Source: an uncultured Thermoplasmatales archaeon (GTDB lineage Archaea > Thermoplasmatota > E2 > DHVEG-1). Taken from it: DNA of 28,103 nt. Numbering within the stretch: the stretch's first letter is position 1; each line of letters opens with the position of its first letter. Shown in pieces: positions 9,251 through 17,364 of this stretch. The notes under the pieces were generated by a model. The model was not told the DNA's origin, did no database searches, and saw only the letters and a program-made list of their open reading frames with translations. The position numbers were made by a program, and so were the translations under genes. The DNA lies in contig CAZKUB010000100.1 in NCBI GenBank assembly GCA_964555835.1, positions 1-28,103 on the forward strand, written 5' to 3'.

Positions 9251-9255
9251 AAAAA
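9249..9255 (-). terminator. Oligo-T tract, probable archaeal terminator for the serpin gene
   Basis: T7 run on the minus strand a few nt after the serpin TAA, in the 9-bp gap between the convergent slyD and serpin genes. Confidence 0.4.
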
Positions 9256-9259
9256 TAGA

Positions 9260-10555
9260 TTATTGGGAAGGATCATCAACACTTCCCATAAATAGTATCG
9301 TTCCCGTTTCTCTATGATTTATTGTAAATAAGAATGGACGATTGCAATCAAAGGTGATTCTTGTTGGTGTCGTTGGTCCATTTACAGATGTTAATTCCAT
9401 TATTACTGCAGTGGCTGCTGCAGCTTCAGTTCCTTCTTCATTTACTTCCACAAATGCTTTATGTAAAACATTTGAAATAAATAAATCTCTAGCACCAGTT
9501 ATTCCTGAGAAATCAGCCTCTAACGAATTAAACGCATCAATCATCCCAAGCTCGATTAAATAATCAACAAGACCATAAGAAGTCTCAAACTTGAATTTTG
9601 GAAGATATACATCTGCTTCTACTTCGTTCATTTGCTCGATCCAATACTTATATTTCTCTCTGTTGGCTGAACTAATTATATCTGATAATTCTACTCCCGC
9701 CTTGGGAAGAAGAATAATCATGGATATATCATCTCCTGAGTAAAGCATCTCAAGGATCTGCAGATCATCGGTCTCAGTATAATTGAATTTTACATCTTTG
9801 TCTATTAATTTCATCATATCTACCTGTATATTTTCTCCAGATAAAAGGGTAAAATTTCTTTTAGTTGTATTTTGTTCTTCAAACTGAATCTTCCATGTTC
9901 CTTTGAAATAAATCGCATTTGTTAAAATCATTCTAGTAAAATCAGGATCAATGGCATCTGCGGGGACTAAATCTTTTATTAGATTATTTGTCTGATTTTC
10001 CACCCAGCTGTTTATAATTCCTGCAGCTTTTTCAGGATTTGCATATTCAACCTCTGATACATTCCCCCCATAATACGTTTTAATTATGTCTACAAAACTG
10101 TCTAAAAGGTTAAATCCAACATCAGGCCATAATGCGTTTGCTGTTGATAGGTTATACTCGTCATTAAAGTTCAGATGAGTGTAAAGATTATATACGTATT
10201 CATGAAATGATTCATTGTCTTGTTTTATATGCAAAACATTCCCCATTTCAACTGCAGTGTTTTCTCTAGCACCTTCATAGGTCATAGCAAGTGCAGTAAA
10301 TACTGAATACGGAGAGTAAAATATGTTTGGACTATTAGCTTTATCTTCGGATAATTTTTTGAAGAAATCAAAACAAAACTGGTTTATTGCATCTTCAAAT
10401 GAAGTTATATTTCCTACAGGAGGTAGCTCTTTATCCTCTTTTTGTTTCTCATCATCTATGGGCTTTGTAGAATCAAAATCTGCTACTAAAACAAAGCCTA
10501 ATGTTCCTAAGATCATCAAGCATATAATAGTTGCAATAATTGGTTTTTTATTCAT
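9260..10555 (-). CDS. Serpin (serine protease inhibitor) with N-terminal signal/anchor
   Basis: NIFYSPYS, NAIYFKGTWK, LPKFKFE, VLHKAFVEVNEEGTEAAAAT hinge and NRPFLF...LFMGSV. Basic-then-hydrophobic N-terminus. GGTGAT RBS. Confidence 0.95.
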   Translation of the reverse strand: MNKKPIIATIICLMILGTLGFVLVADFDSTKPIDDEKQKEDKELPPVGNITSFEDAINQFCFDFFKKLSEDKANSPNIFYSPYSVFTALAMTYEGARENTAVEMGNVLHIKQDNESFHEYVYNLYTHLNFNDEYNLSTANALWPDVGFNLLDSFVDIIKTYYGGNVSEVEYANPEKAAGIINSWVENQTNNLIKDLVPADAIDPDFTRMILTNAIYFKGTWKIQFEEQNTTKRNFTLLSGENIQVDMMKLIDKDVKFNYTETDDLQILEMLYSGDDISMIILLPKAGVELSDIISSANREKYKYWIEQMNEVEADVYLPKFKFETSYGLVDYLIELGMIDAFNSLEADFSGITGARDLFISNVLHKAFVEVNEEGTEAAAATAVIMELTSVNGPTTPTRITFDCNRPFLFTINHRETGTILFMGSVDDPSQ

Positions 10556-10595
10556 ATTTAAATCACCTACAAAAAATGGGTATTGGGCTTTTTAG

Positions 10596-10605
10596 TATTT
10601 AAAAA
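10596..10605 (-). promoter_or_regulatory. Putative TATA box of the serpin promoter
   Basis: TTTTTAAATA on the minus strand, preceded by purine-rich AAAG, about 40-50 nt upstream of the ATG and its RBS. Confidence 0.45.
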
Positions 10606-10662
10606 GCTTTAATTTGTTTGGGAAAAACCAAACAAAAAAATTAAAAAATGAGGAATATTTTT

Positions 10663-10800
10663 TTAATTGTTATTGTAATAATCTGGAGTAGAACTTGTTC
10701 TTCTATTACGATATGGGTTGAAATATTTTGATTCAGAAACGACTTTTTTGGTTTTTCTATGGGCAACTATTTTTTGTAATTTTTTTGTCATATCATTCAT
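10663..10800 (-). CDS. Candidate small basic protein, 45 aa (below the ORF-track cutoff)
   Basis: Manual translation MNDMTKKLQKIVAHRKTKKVVSESKYFNPYRNRRTSSTPDYYNNN. RBS-like GGTTGTGAT 6 nt before the ATG. No recognised homology. Confidence 0.3.
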   Translation of the reverse strand: MNDMTKKLQKIVAHRKTKKVVSESKYFNPYRNRRTSSTPDYYNNN

Positions 10801-10824
10801 TTTTTTATCACAACCAAATATATT

Positions 10825-10854
10825 TGACACTTCATGTCATGACAATTTATGTCA
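10825..10854. repeat. Tandem pair of 15-bp palindromic boxes, TGACA-N5-TGTCA x2 (probable operator)
   Basis: TGACA cttca TGTCA TGACA attta TGTCA, read directly at 10825-10854. Confidence 0.7.
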
Positions 10855-10958
10855 GCATATCTATTTGGTTTGAACTGGTTTATATTATTTTCGTTGATAT
10901 TTATCAAAAAGACATATTTACAATATCGAAAAACATTATTTTTATAAAAAAATAAAGA

Positions 10959-11180
10959 TCAGATTGTAGCTGCTTCTTCTTCAGCCCTCTTCATTTCTTC
11001 TTCTATTAGTTTATCAAGCTTTTTGTCGATACCTTGTTCATTTGCTATCTTTTGCATTTCATCAAGGATTTTCTCCCATAATACTTGTTGACTACAGGCA
11101 TAGTCCCACATATCCAGACGTTGTGAGCCTTCCGCTTTTTTAAATTCTTCCATTAATCCTTTTTTACCTTCTTCATCCAT
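10959..11180 (-). CDS. Small acidic helical protein of unknown function, 73 aa, paralog of the adjacent ORF
   Basis: GAGGTGA RBS. Ungapped alignment with 11196-11381 gives 21/49 identities. Confidence 0.85.
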   Translation of the reverse strand: MDEEGKKGLMEEFKKAEGSQRLDMWDYACSQQVLWEKILDEMQKIANEQGIDKKLDKLIEEEMKRAEEEAATI

Positions 11181-11195
11181 ATCATTTCACCTCTT

Positions 11196-11381
11196 TTAGT
11201 CATCTGCAGATAGCTTAACACCTGATTTCATCAACTGAACCCTTGCTATTTTTGACATTTCTTCCATTATTTCATCCCATATAGCTTCCTGTCCAAGAGC
11301 AAAAAACCACATATCCATTTTTTCTTCTATTTTTGCTTTTTTGAAATCTTCAAGAAAGTTATTCATATCTTCTTCATTCAT
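11196..11381 (-). CDS. Small acidic helical protein of unknown function, 61 aa, paralog of the adjacent ORF
   Basis: GGCAGGGA purine-rich RBS and a TAATATAT TATA-like element about 30 nt upstream. Shares FKKA...DMW..A..Q...W..I..EM.KIA..Q with its neighbour. Confidence 0.85.
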   Translation of the reverse strand: MNEEDMNNFLEDFKKAKIEEKMDMWFFALGQEAIWDEIMEEMSKIARVQLMKSGVKLSADD

Positions 11382-11652
11382 TGTTTTTATCCCTGCCTAT
11401 GTACAAATTCATATATTACATACTTGCATTTAAAACATGAGGAAAAAAACTTTTAAACTTATCGAAAAAAAGAAAAAAGAAGAGAAGATTTTTGTATAAA
11501 TGGCCAATAACTTCAAGTATTCCAAGGATTAAAATTATTATTCCAATTATACCTTGGAATCTCCGTGATCCAACCAATGTATTTAAAGACTTTTAACAAA
11601 AAAAGTATATAATGATTTTTGTTTTATCTAATAAAATAGATGTAACATAATT

Positions 11653-12288
11653 TTAAAGCAACCCTATCCTCTTTTTGAGACTATTGACAGATTTTTTGAT
11701 ATCATCTGATTTAACAATATACGAGCCAGAAACAAACAAATTAGCACCTGCCTTATCAACAAGATCAATTGTTTTATCAGTAATACCCCCGTCCACTTCT
11801 ATATCAAGATTTGGGCATTTTCTTCTCAGTTTTTTAATTTTATCAATCATCCCTGGCAGAAATGGACGTCCATAAAAACCAGGCTTAACCGTCATAATAA
11901 GAACCTGATCAATTTCATCAAAATATTCTTCAATTGAAGAAATCGGTGTTTCAGGGTTTAAAACAAAACCCACACGTTTTTCTTTTTTCTTCACTGCATC
12001 AATAACTTTTTCAGGTTTTTTACATGATTCAAAATGAGCAAGAACCGTATCAACTTTTTTATAATGTCTTTCTAGCCATTTAATAGAATCCTGAATCATC
12101 AGATGAGCTTCAAAACTACAATTTGTTTCAGGTAACTTAAAATCAAAATCAATTGAATTATTTGGTACAAACTTTCCATCCATAAAATCTAACTGAATGA
12201 TGTTTACAAAATCTTTTACTTTCAAAATTTTTTTTGTAAGTTCTTCTTGATTCTTTGCAATTATTGCAGGTATAATCTCTTTGTTCAT
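11653..12288 (-). CDS. rpe: Ribulose-phosphate 3-epimerase
   Basis: LDFMDGKFVPN, EAHLM, LNPETP, MTVKPGF, EVDGGI and GANLFVSGS. ATGA overlap with the LOG gene. Confidence 0.9.
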   Translation of the reverse strand: MNKEIIPAIIAKNQEELTKKILKVKDFVNIIQLDFMDGKFVPNNSIDFDFKLPETNCSFEAHLMIQDSIKWLERHYKKVDTVLAHFESCKKPEKVIDAVKKKEKRVGFVLNPETPISSIEEYFDEIDQVLIMTVKPGFYGRPFLPGMIDKIKKLRRKCPNLDIEVDGGITDKTIDLVDKAGANLFVSGSYIVKSDDIKKSVNSLKKRIGLL

Positions 12289-12959
12289 ATTTTTTCACCA
12301 TCCAGTAAACCATCTGTTTCACATTTGTATTTTTTAAAGTTATAACAAATGTCTTCTCCTCGCATATATCCTTCATGAAACCTTTTTACAATCCTGAACG
12401 CTTGAAAACTATCTTTTGCGACAAATAAATGCTGCAGATCCTTTTGTGACAAAAAACCTTTTTTTAATGGTTGTTGTTCTACCCATCTCAAAAATTCAGT
12501 CCACATTTCACCTAAAAGAATAATTGGAATATTACATATGTGTTTGACTTGTACTAATTGCCAGGCATATGCAAGTTCCAGAAGTGTTCCAACTCCGCCA
12601 GGGGCAACAACAACAGCATTTGATAAAACCATAAATGTATCAAGGCGTTTTGAAAACCTGTGAAAATCTTTTTTTATATCGAGATAGCGATTTGGTTTCT
12701 GCTCATTAGGAATATCTATGTTTAAGCCTATTGAATGAGATACATCACATTTTCTGCCTTCTCTGTGTCCTTTGCATGCAGCTTGCATAATACCAGGTCC
12801 ACCCCCTGTAACTATATCGATGTCCTCTGCACCAAGCATATGCGCCAACTTGTATACTTCATCATATGCTGGTTCATTGATTTTAATTCTTGCAGATCCA
12901 AAAATTGCGACACGAAAATATTTTTTATATATTTCATCTGAAACAGCGTTTTTAGTCAT
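12285..12959 (-). CDS. LOG family protein (nucleotide 5'-monophosphate nucleosidase / phosphoribohydrolase)
   Basis: AIFGSAR, TGGGPGIMQAA, SIGLNIDIP.EQ.PN and PGGVGTLLE signature. Confidence 0.9.
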   Translation of the reverse strand: MTKNAVSDEIYKKYFRVAIFGSARIKINEPAYDEVYKLAHMLGAEDIDIVTGGGPGIMQAACKGHREGRKCDVSHSIGLNIDIPNEQKPNRYLDIKKDFHRFSKRLDTFMVLSNAVVVAPGGVGTLLELAYAWQLVQVKHICNIPIILLGEMWTEFLRWVEQQPLKKGFLSQKDLQHLFVAKDSFQAFRIVKRFHEGYMRGEDICYNFKKYKCETDGLLDGEKI

Positions 12960-12961
12960 AA

Positions 12962-14053
12962 CTATTCATCCTTTGTAACTTTTATTTTAGCCGCATAACA
13001 TGCTCCAAGTAATCCTGCATTATCGTTTAATATAACATATATTGGAACATTTCTCAAAAACTCTTCTCTACGATTTCCATTGTTAAATTCATCTATGAAG
13101 TATTTAGATTGAAAAATATCTTTGTTTTTTGCAGCAATGCCACCTGCGATATACATGCCATCTTTGCAAAGTGTATCTAGAGCAAAGTTTTTTGCACATC
13201 GTGCATAAAAACTGCTAAATAACTTAAATGTTTCCTTACATTTTTTATCTTTTTTTCTATATTTTGATATTATCTGTGCAGCATCTTCTGATTTTTGGAT
13301 TTCATAATCAACTTCTGTTTTTTTATCATTACTTTTTTTACTAAGATAACTGTAGATTCCTTCCAATCCTCGTCCTGATAAAAGCTCTTCATAAACTAAG
13401 GGTTTTTTTATATTGCGAAGTTTTTTGATATATTGTACAAGATCTGCTTCGAATTCATTGTAATGCGGAAAATCACTATTGCCCCCCTCGCTTGAAATAG
13501 GCATGTAACATTCGTTTTTTTCGTTATAAGTTAGAATACATTTGCCAAGGCCGGTACCTGCACCAATTACTGCCTTTGTTTGATATTTAGAATTTATTTT
13601 TTTGTTTTCTCTTACTTTGAAAATATCTAGATTACTGTTTTTGTCAAGCAGATTTACTCCAAAACCTAAAGCTTCAAAATCATTTATTAAAAAAACATCG
13701 TTTAGATAAGTTTTGTCAATAATTTCTTTTTTGTCTATACTCCATTTTGCATTTGTAAGTTCTACAAAATCTTCTGACTCTGAAATTATTCCTGCTGAGC
13801 CTATACATGCCGAACGGATATTTATACGATGTTTTTTATCTGAATAACGCAGGGTTTCTTCTAATGCCGGGATAATAGACTTAATTGAAGGTGTTTCAAA
13901 TTTCAATGTAAATATCAATTTTGTTTCTTTTCCTTTGCTTCCAGCAACTGCGAATCTTGTAAAGGTTCCACCGACATCTGCCCCCAGATAAAAACCTGAA
14001 TATTTTTCTTTAACAGGATTTTTAACAAAATCTTTGTTAGAATATTTCAACAT
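12962..14053 (-). CDS. glk: Bacterial-type (E. coli Glk family) glucokinase-like sugar kinase
   Basis: GADVGGTFTRF, INDFEAL, GAGTGLG, SEGG, EELLSGRGL, YIAGGIA and AGLLGA motifs. Confidence 0.82.
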   Translation of the reverse strand: MLKYSNKDFVKNPVKEKYSGFYLGADVGGTFTRFAVAGSKGKETKLIFTLKFETPSIKSIIPALEETLRYSDKKHRINIRSACIGSAGIISESEDFVELTNAKWSIDKKEIIDKTYLNDVFLINDFEALGFGVNLLDKNSNLDIFKVRENKKINSKYQTKAVIGAGTGLGKCILTYNEKNECYMPISSEGGNSDFPHYNEFEADLVQYIKKLRNIKKPLVYEELLSGRGLEGIYSYLSKKSNDKKTEVDYEIQKSEDAAQIISKYRKKDKKCKETFKLFSSFYARCAKNFALDTLCKDGMYIAGGIAAKNKDIFQSKYFIDEFNNGNRREEFLRNVPIYVILNDNAGLLGACYAAKIKVTKDE

Positions 14054-14142
14054 TTTTCTTGCAACCTCGCAATAAGTAAACCAGAATACTTTAACTTAAT
14101 AAAGATTTAATCCAAAAATAAAGAAAAAATTTATGATGTTTA

Positions 14143-14964
14143 TTATTTTTGAAATAAATGAACATCACGTTGCGGGAAAGGTATGTTTATCTTGTTTTTA
14201 TCAAACGTTTCTTTTATTTGTTTGGTAATCTCTCTATGTACTACCCAATAATCACTTGTATTTGCCCAGGGCCTTATGATAAGATTTACACTTGAGTCAC
14301 CAAGCTCTGAAACAGCAACAAGTGGCTCAGGATCCTTTAGGACTTTTTTATGTTTGGTAAGAACATCCATGGCAATAGTTATTGCTTTACCTATATCATC
14401 ACTATAACTGATTCCTACTTTCAAATCTATCCTTCGGGTATCTAAAGCAGTATAATTTATCATTGGCGCTCCATAAACTTTGCTGTTTGGGATAGTAATT
14501 TTCTTATTATCTGGTGTTGTCATCCTTGTGATACTTATTCCAACACTTTGCACTGATCCTGCATTACCTGCAATTTCAACAAAATCTCCCTTTTTAAATG
14601 GTTTTGTAATGGCAAGCATGAAGCCTGATGCTAAATTTGCAAGTGTATCTTGTAATGCAAAACCTAGGACAAAACCTGAAACAACAGATAGGCTTAGAAT
14701 ACCTGCAAATGCATCAAATCCTAAAAAACCAACAGCAAAAGCAAATACAAAGATGAGTAATAATATTTTTACAATTCTGCGTGTAAATTCTGAAAGAATC
14801 TCAGACATTTTTGCTTTTATCATAGATTTTTTGAGTTGTCTTGTAATAATTATTGTTATAAAGTATCCAAATACAAGTACCATGATTAAAAATAATATAT
14901 TTTTCACAGGAATATTTAGTAGCGGAATATTTGTTTCTAACAATTCTATTGCTTCATTAAACAT
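14143..14964 (-). CDS. mscS: Small-conductance mechanosensitive channel
   Basis: Three TM segments, GFALQDTLANLASG pore helix, PFKKGDFVEI and IPN. GGGGAG RBS. Confidence 0.9.
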   Translation of the reverse strand: MFNEAIELLETNIPLLNIPVKNILFLIMVLVFGYFITIIITRQLKKSMIKAKMSEILSEFTRRIVKILLLIFVFAFAVGFLGFDAFAGILSLSVVSGFVLGFALQDTLANLASGFMLAITKPFKKGDFVEIAGNAGSVQSVGISITRMTTPDNKKITIPNSKVYGAPMINYTALDTRRIDLKVGISYSDDIGKAITIAMDVLTKHKKVLKDPEPLVAVSELGDSSVNLIIRPWANTSDYWVVHREITKQIKETFDKNKINIPFPQRDVHLFQK

Positions 14965-15101
14965 ATATTTTTATCTCCCCTTTTTTTTGTTAGATATGTT
15001 TTCATCTTTAATAAATTTGTACAATTATTTTCTGCAACCACAAAATTTAAAACATTTGTCTGATTGCCATATCTAAATAAATTTCAAAATTAGGTGAACT
15101 A

Positions 15102-15674
15102 ATGACAGAAGATAAGATCGTTTTACCCGGAGAACAAGTATCTACATCAGAAGAATTAGCACCGGGAGAAGGAACTTTTGAAGAAGAGGGAATAATAAAA
15201 GCATCTCGCTTTGGAAAATATCAAATTGATCAAAAAAATAGAGCGGCTACTGTAAAACCACTAACAAGCATACCTGTCGAACTTAAAAAAGGAGATACAG
15301 TTCTTGCTGAAGTAGTTATGGTAAGATCAAATATGATAATTGCAAATGTAATACATGTAATAGGTAAAAAAAGAGCTATCTCAGGTGATACAAATGGTAC
15401 ACTAAGGGTATCTGAGATATCTGAAGGCTATGTAAAAGATCCTGCAACAGAATTTGCCCCGGGGGATATAATAAGAGCAAAAGTAACACAAGTCAAACCA
15501 AGTATACAACTACATACTAAAGATCGAGAATTAGGCTCGATAAAATCACTTTGTTCTAAATGCCGACATACCCTGCAGAAAAAAGGAAATATTCTCGAAT
15601 GTGAAAACTGTAATAACCAAGAGCGAAGGAAAATTACATTTGATTATGGAACTTATGATCCTAACAATCTATAA
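15102..15674 (+). CDS. csl4: Exosome complex RNA-binding protein Csl4
   Basis: VLPGEQV N-terminus, S1 domain (GDIIRAKV) and CxxC...CxxC zinc ribbon. AGGTGA RBS. Followed by rpoL as in the conserved archaeal order. Confidence 0.92.
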   Translation: MTEDKIVLPGEQVSTSEELAPGEGTFEEEGIIKASRFGKYQIDQKNRAATVKPLTSIPVELKKGDTVLAEVVMVRSNMIIANVIHVIGKKRAISGDTNGTLRVSEISEGYVKDPATEFAPGDIIRAKVTQVKPSIQLHTKDRELGSIKSLCSKCRHTLQKKGNILECENCNNQERRKITFDYGTYDPNNL

Positions 15675-15717
15675 AATAAATGAATTTAAAAATCTATGAG
15701 ACGGATGTGAGAAGATA

Positions 15718-15999
15718 ATGGAATTAAAAACAATTAAAAAGACATCAAAAGAACTTGAAATTGAAATAACCGATGAAAATGAAACAATTCTTAATCCTAT
15801 AGTTGAGGTACTACTTCAGTATGAAGCTGTAGAATATGCTACTTATATAGCAGATCATCCTAATTCTAAAAAAAGAAAGCTGTATATAAGAGCCAATAGT
15901 GGAAAACCTGAAGAGCTACTTATGAAAGCCGTAAAACAACTTGAAAAAGAAGTAAAAGATTTTGGTAAAAACTTTGAGCCTAAGAAGAGTAAAAAATAG
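15718..15999 (+). CDS. rpoL: DNA-directed RNA polymerase subunit L (Rpo11)
   Basis: ELEIEITDENETILN...ATY..DHP...LYIR pattern, 93 aa, conserved position after csl4. Confidence 0.88.
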   Translation: MELKTIKKTSKELEIEITDENETILNPIVEVLLQYEAVEYATYIADHPNSKKRKLYIRANSGKPEELLMKAVKQLEKEVKDFGKNFEPKKSKK

Positions 16000-17304
16000 A
16001 TGAAGGTGCTTGACTTAGAAAAAAAAATTGGAGTTACTACTTTTTTAACTAATTCTTTAGGTATGGGTGGTAAACTTAGATTCTACCCTGAAGATTTTAT
16101 AGTAGCAGAAAAATCTTTGTATCCGCAAGAAAAAAAAGATGGTAAATTTACAGTAGCTGAAGTGACATCTACGGGTTGGGAGACAAATCTACTTGTTAGA
16201 GAGCTTTCCAACAGACTACATATGTCTCGTCAGAGAGTTGGTTTTGCAGGTACAAAAGACAAACGAGCAAAAACAACCCAATTAATGTCTTTTTACAAGG
16301 TAAAAATAGATGATTTATCAAATCTAAAAATAAAGGGTGTTGAAATAACAAATATCTATAGATCAGATAAACCAGTTAAGATAGGTACTCTTCTAGGAAA
16401 CAAGTTTGAGATAACAATACGCAATATAAGAGAGGATACTAAACCTGGAGATATTGAAGAGATATGGTCCGGCATACATAACAATGGTGGTTTTCCAAAC
16501 TTTTTCGGCGTTCAAAGATTTGGGATAATAAGACCAATTACTCACATTGTTGGAAAACACATTGTAGATGGTGATTTTGAAAAAGCAGTGATGACTTATA
16601 TCGCTAATCCAATCAAAGGAGAAGATGAAGATACTTTTAAACTTAGAAAAAAACTACAGGAAACCCGTAATTACTCAGATGCACTCAACTCTTATCCTGA
16701 TAATCTTAATTTTGAAAAAGCAATTTTAAATAAACTAGTAAATAACCCAGATGACTTTGTATCAGCCTTAAAAGAACTACCAAAGAATCTTCTTACAATG
16801 TTTGTCTATGCATATCAATCCTATCTATTTAACGAAATAATATGTGAAAGAATTAAAAGAAAAATCCCATTAAACCAAGCAATCGAAGGCGACATTGTCC
16901 TACCTCTCAAAAATGGAATAATCGAAGATAGATTTATAACTGTATCTGCTAAAAACATTGAAAAAGTAAACCAGCAACTTTCAAAACAAAAAGCAGTTGT
17001 AAGTACAGTGCTTTTTGGAAGCGATTCTGTTTTTTCTCAGGGTGAGATGGGTGAAATTGAGAAAAAAATAATCGAGTCAGAAAAATTTGACCCACGTGAT
17101 TTTATAATACCTGAGATCCCTTTTATTTCGTCATCTGGCTCACGCCGCTCGATACTTGCTTTTGTAAAAGATTTTGATTATAAATTATTTGATGATGAAA
17201 CAACAGGTAAAGCTTTGACTTTGAAATTCGAGCTTTTAAAAGGATGTTATGCAACATCGTTTCTAAGGGAGTTTATGAAAGCAGAGGATATCCGAAATTA
17301 TTAA
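16000..17304 (+). CDS. truD: tRNA pseudouridine(13) synthase TruD/Pus7
   Basis: PEDFIV.E, AGTKDKRAKT.Q (catalytic Asp), GNKFEITIR, PNFFGVQRFG and F.L.KGCYAT..LRE. Confidence 0.95.
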   Translation: MKVLDLEKKIGVTTFLTNSLGMGGKLRFYPEDFIVAEKSLYPQEKKDGKFTVAEVTSTGWETNLLVRELSNRLHMSRQRVGFAGTKDKRAKTTQLMSFYKVKIDDLSNLKIKGVEITNIYRSDKPVKIGTLLGNKFEITIRNIREDTKPGDIEEIWSGIHNNGGFPNFFGVQRFGIIRPITHIVGKHIVDGDFEKAVMTYIANPIKGEDEDTFKLRKKLQETRNYSDALNSYPDNLNFEKAILNKLVNNPDDFVSALKELPKNLLTMFVYAYQSYLFNEIICERIKRKIPLNQAIEGDIVLPLKNGIIEDRFITVSAKNIEKVNQQLSKQKAVVSTVLFGSDSVFSQGEMGEIEKKIIESEKFDPRDFIIPEIPFISSSGSRRSILAFVKDFDYKLFDDETTGKALTLKFELLKGCYATSFLREFMKAEDIRNY

Positions 17305-17364
17305 TGGAAACGATTTTAATAGTCTTCTGTTATTTAGGGTGCTGTTTATAGGAAGTAGTTTAAA

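Noticed and set aside
10728-10955. 75-aa plus-strand hydrophobic ORF
   Set aside because: TTG start, no RBS, and F/I/Y richness explained by T-rich intergenic DNA. It spans the operator and is antisense to a better-supported small ORF.
14480-15076. 198-aa plus-strand ORF
   Set aside because: Antisense shadow of mscS.
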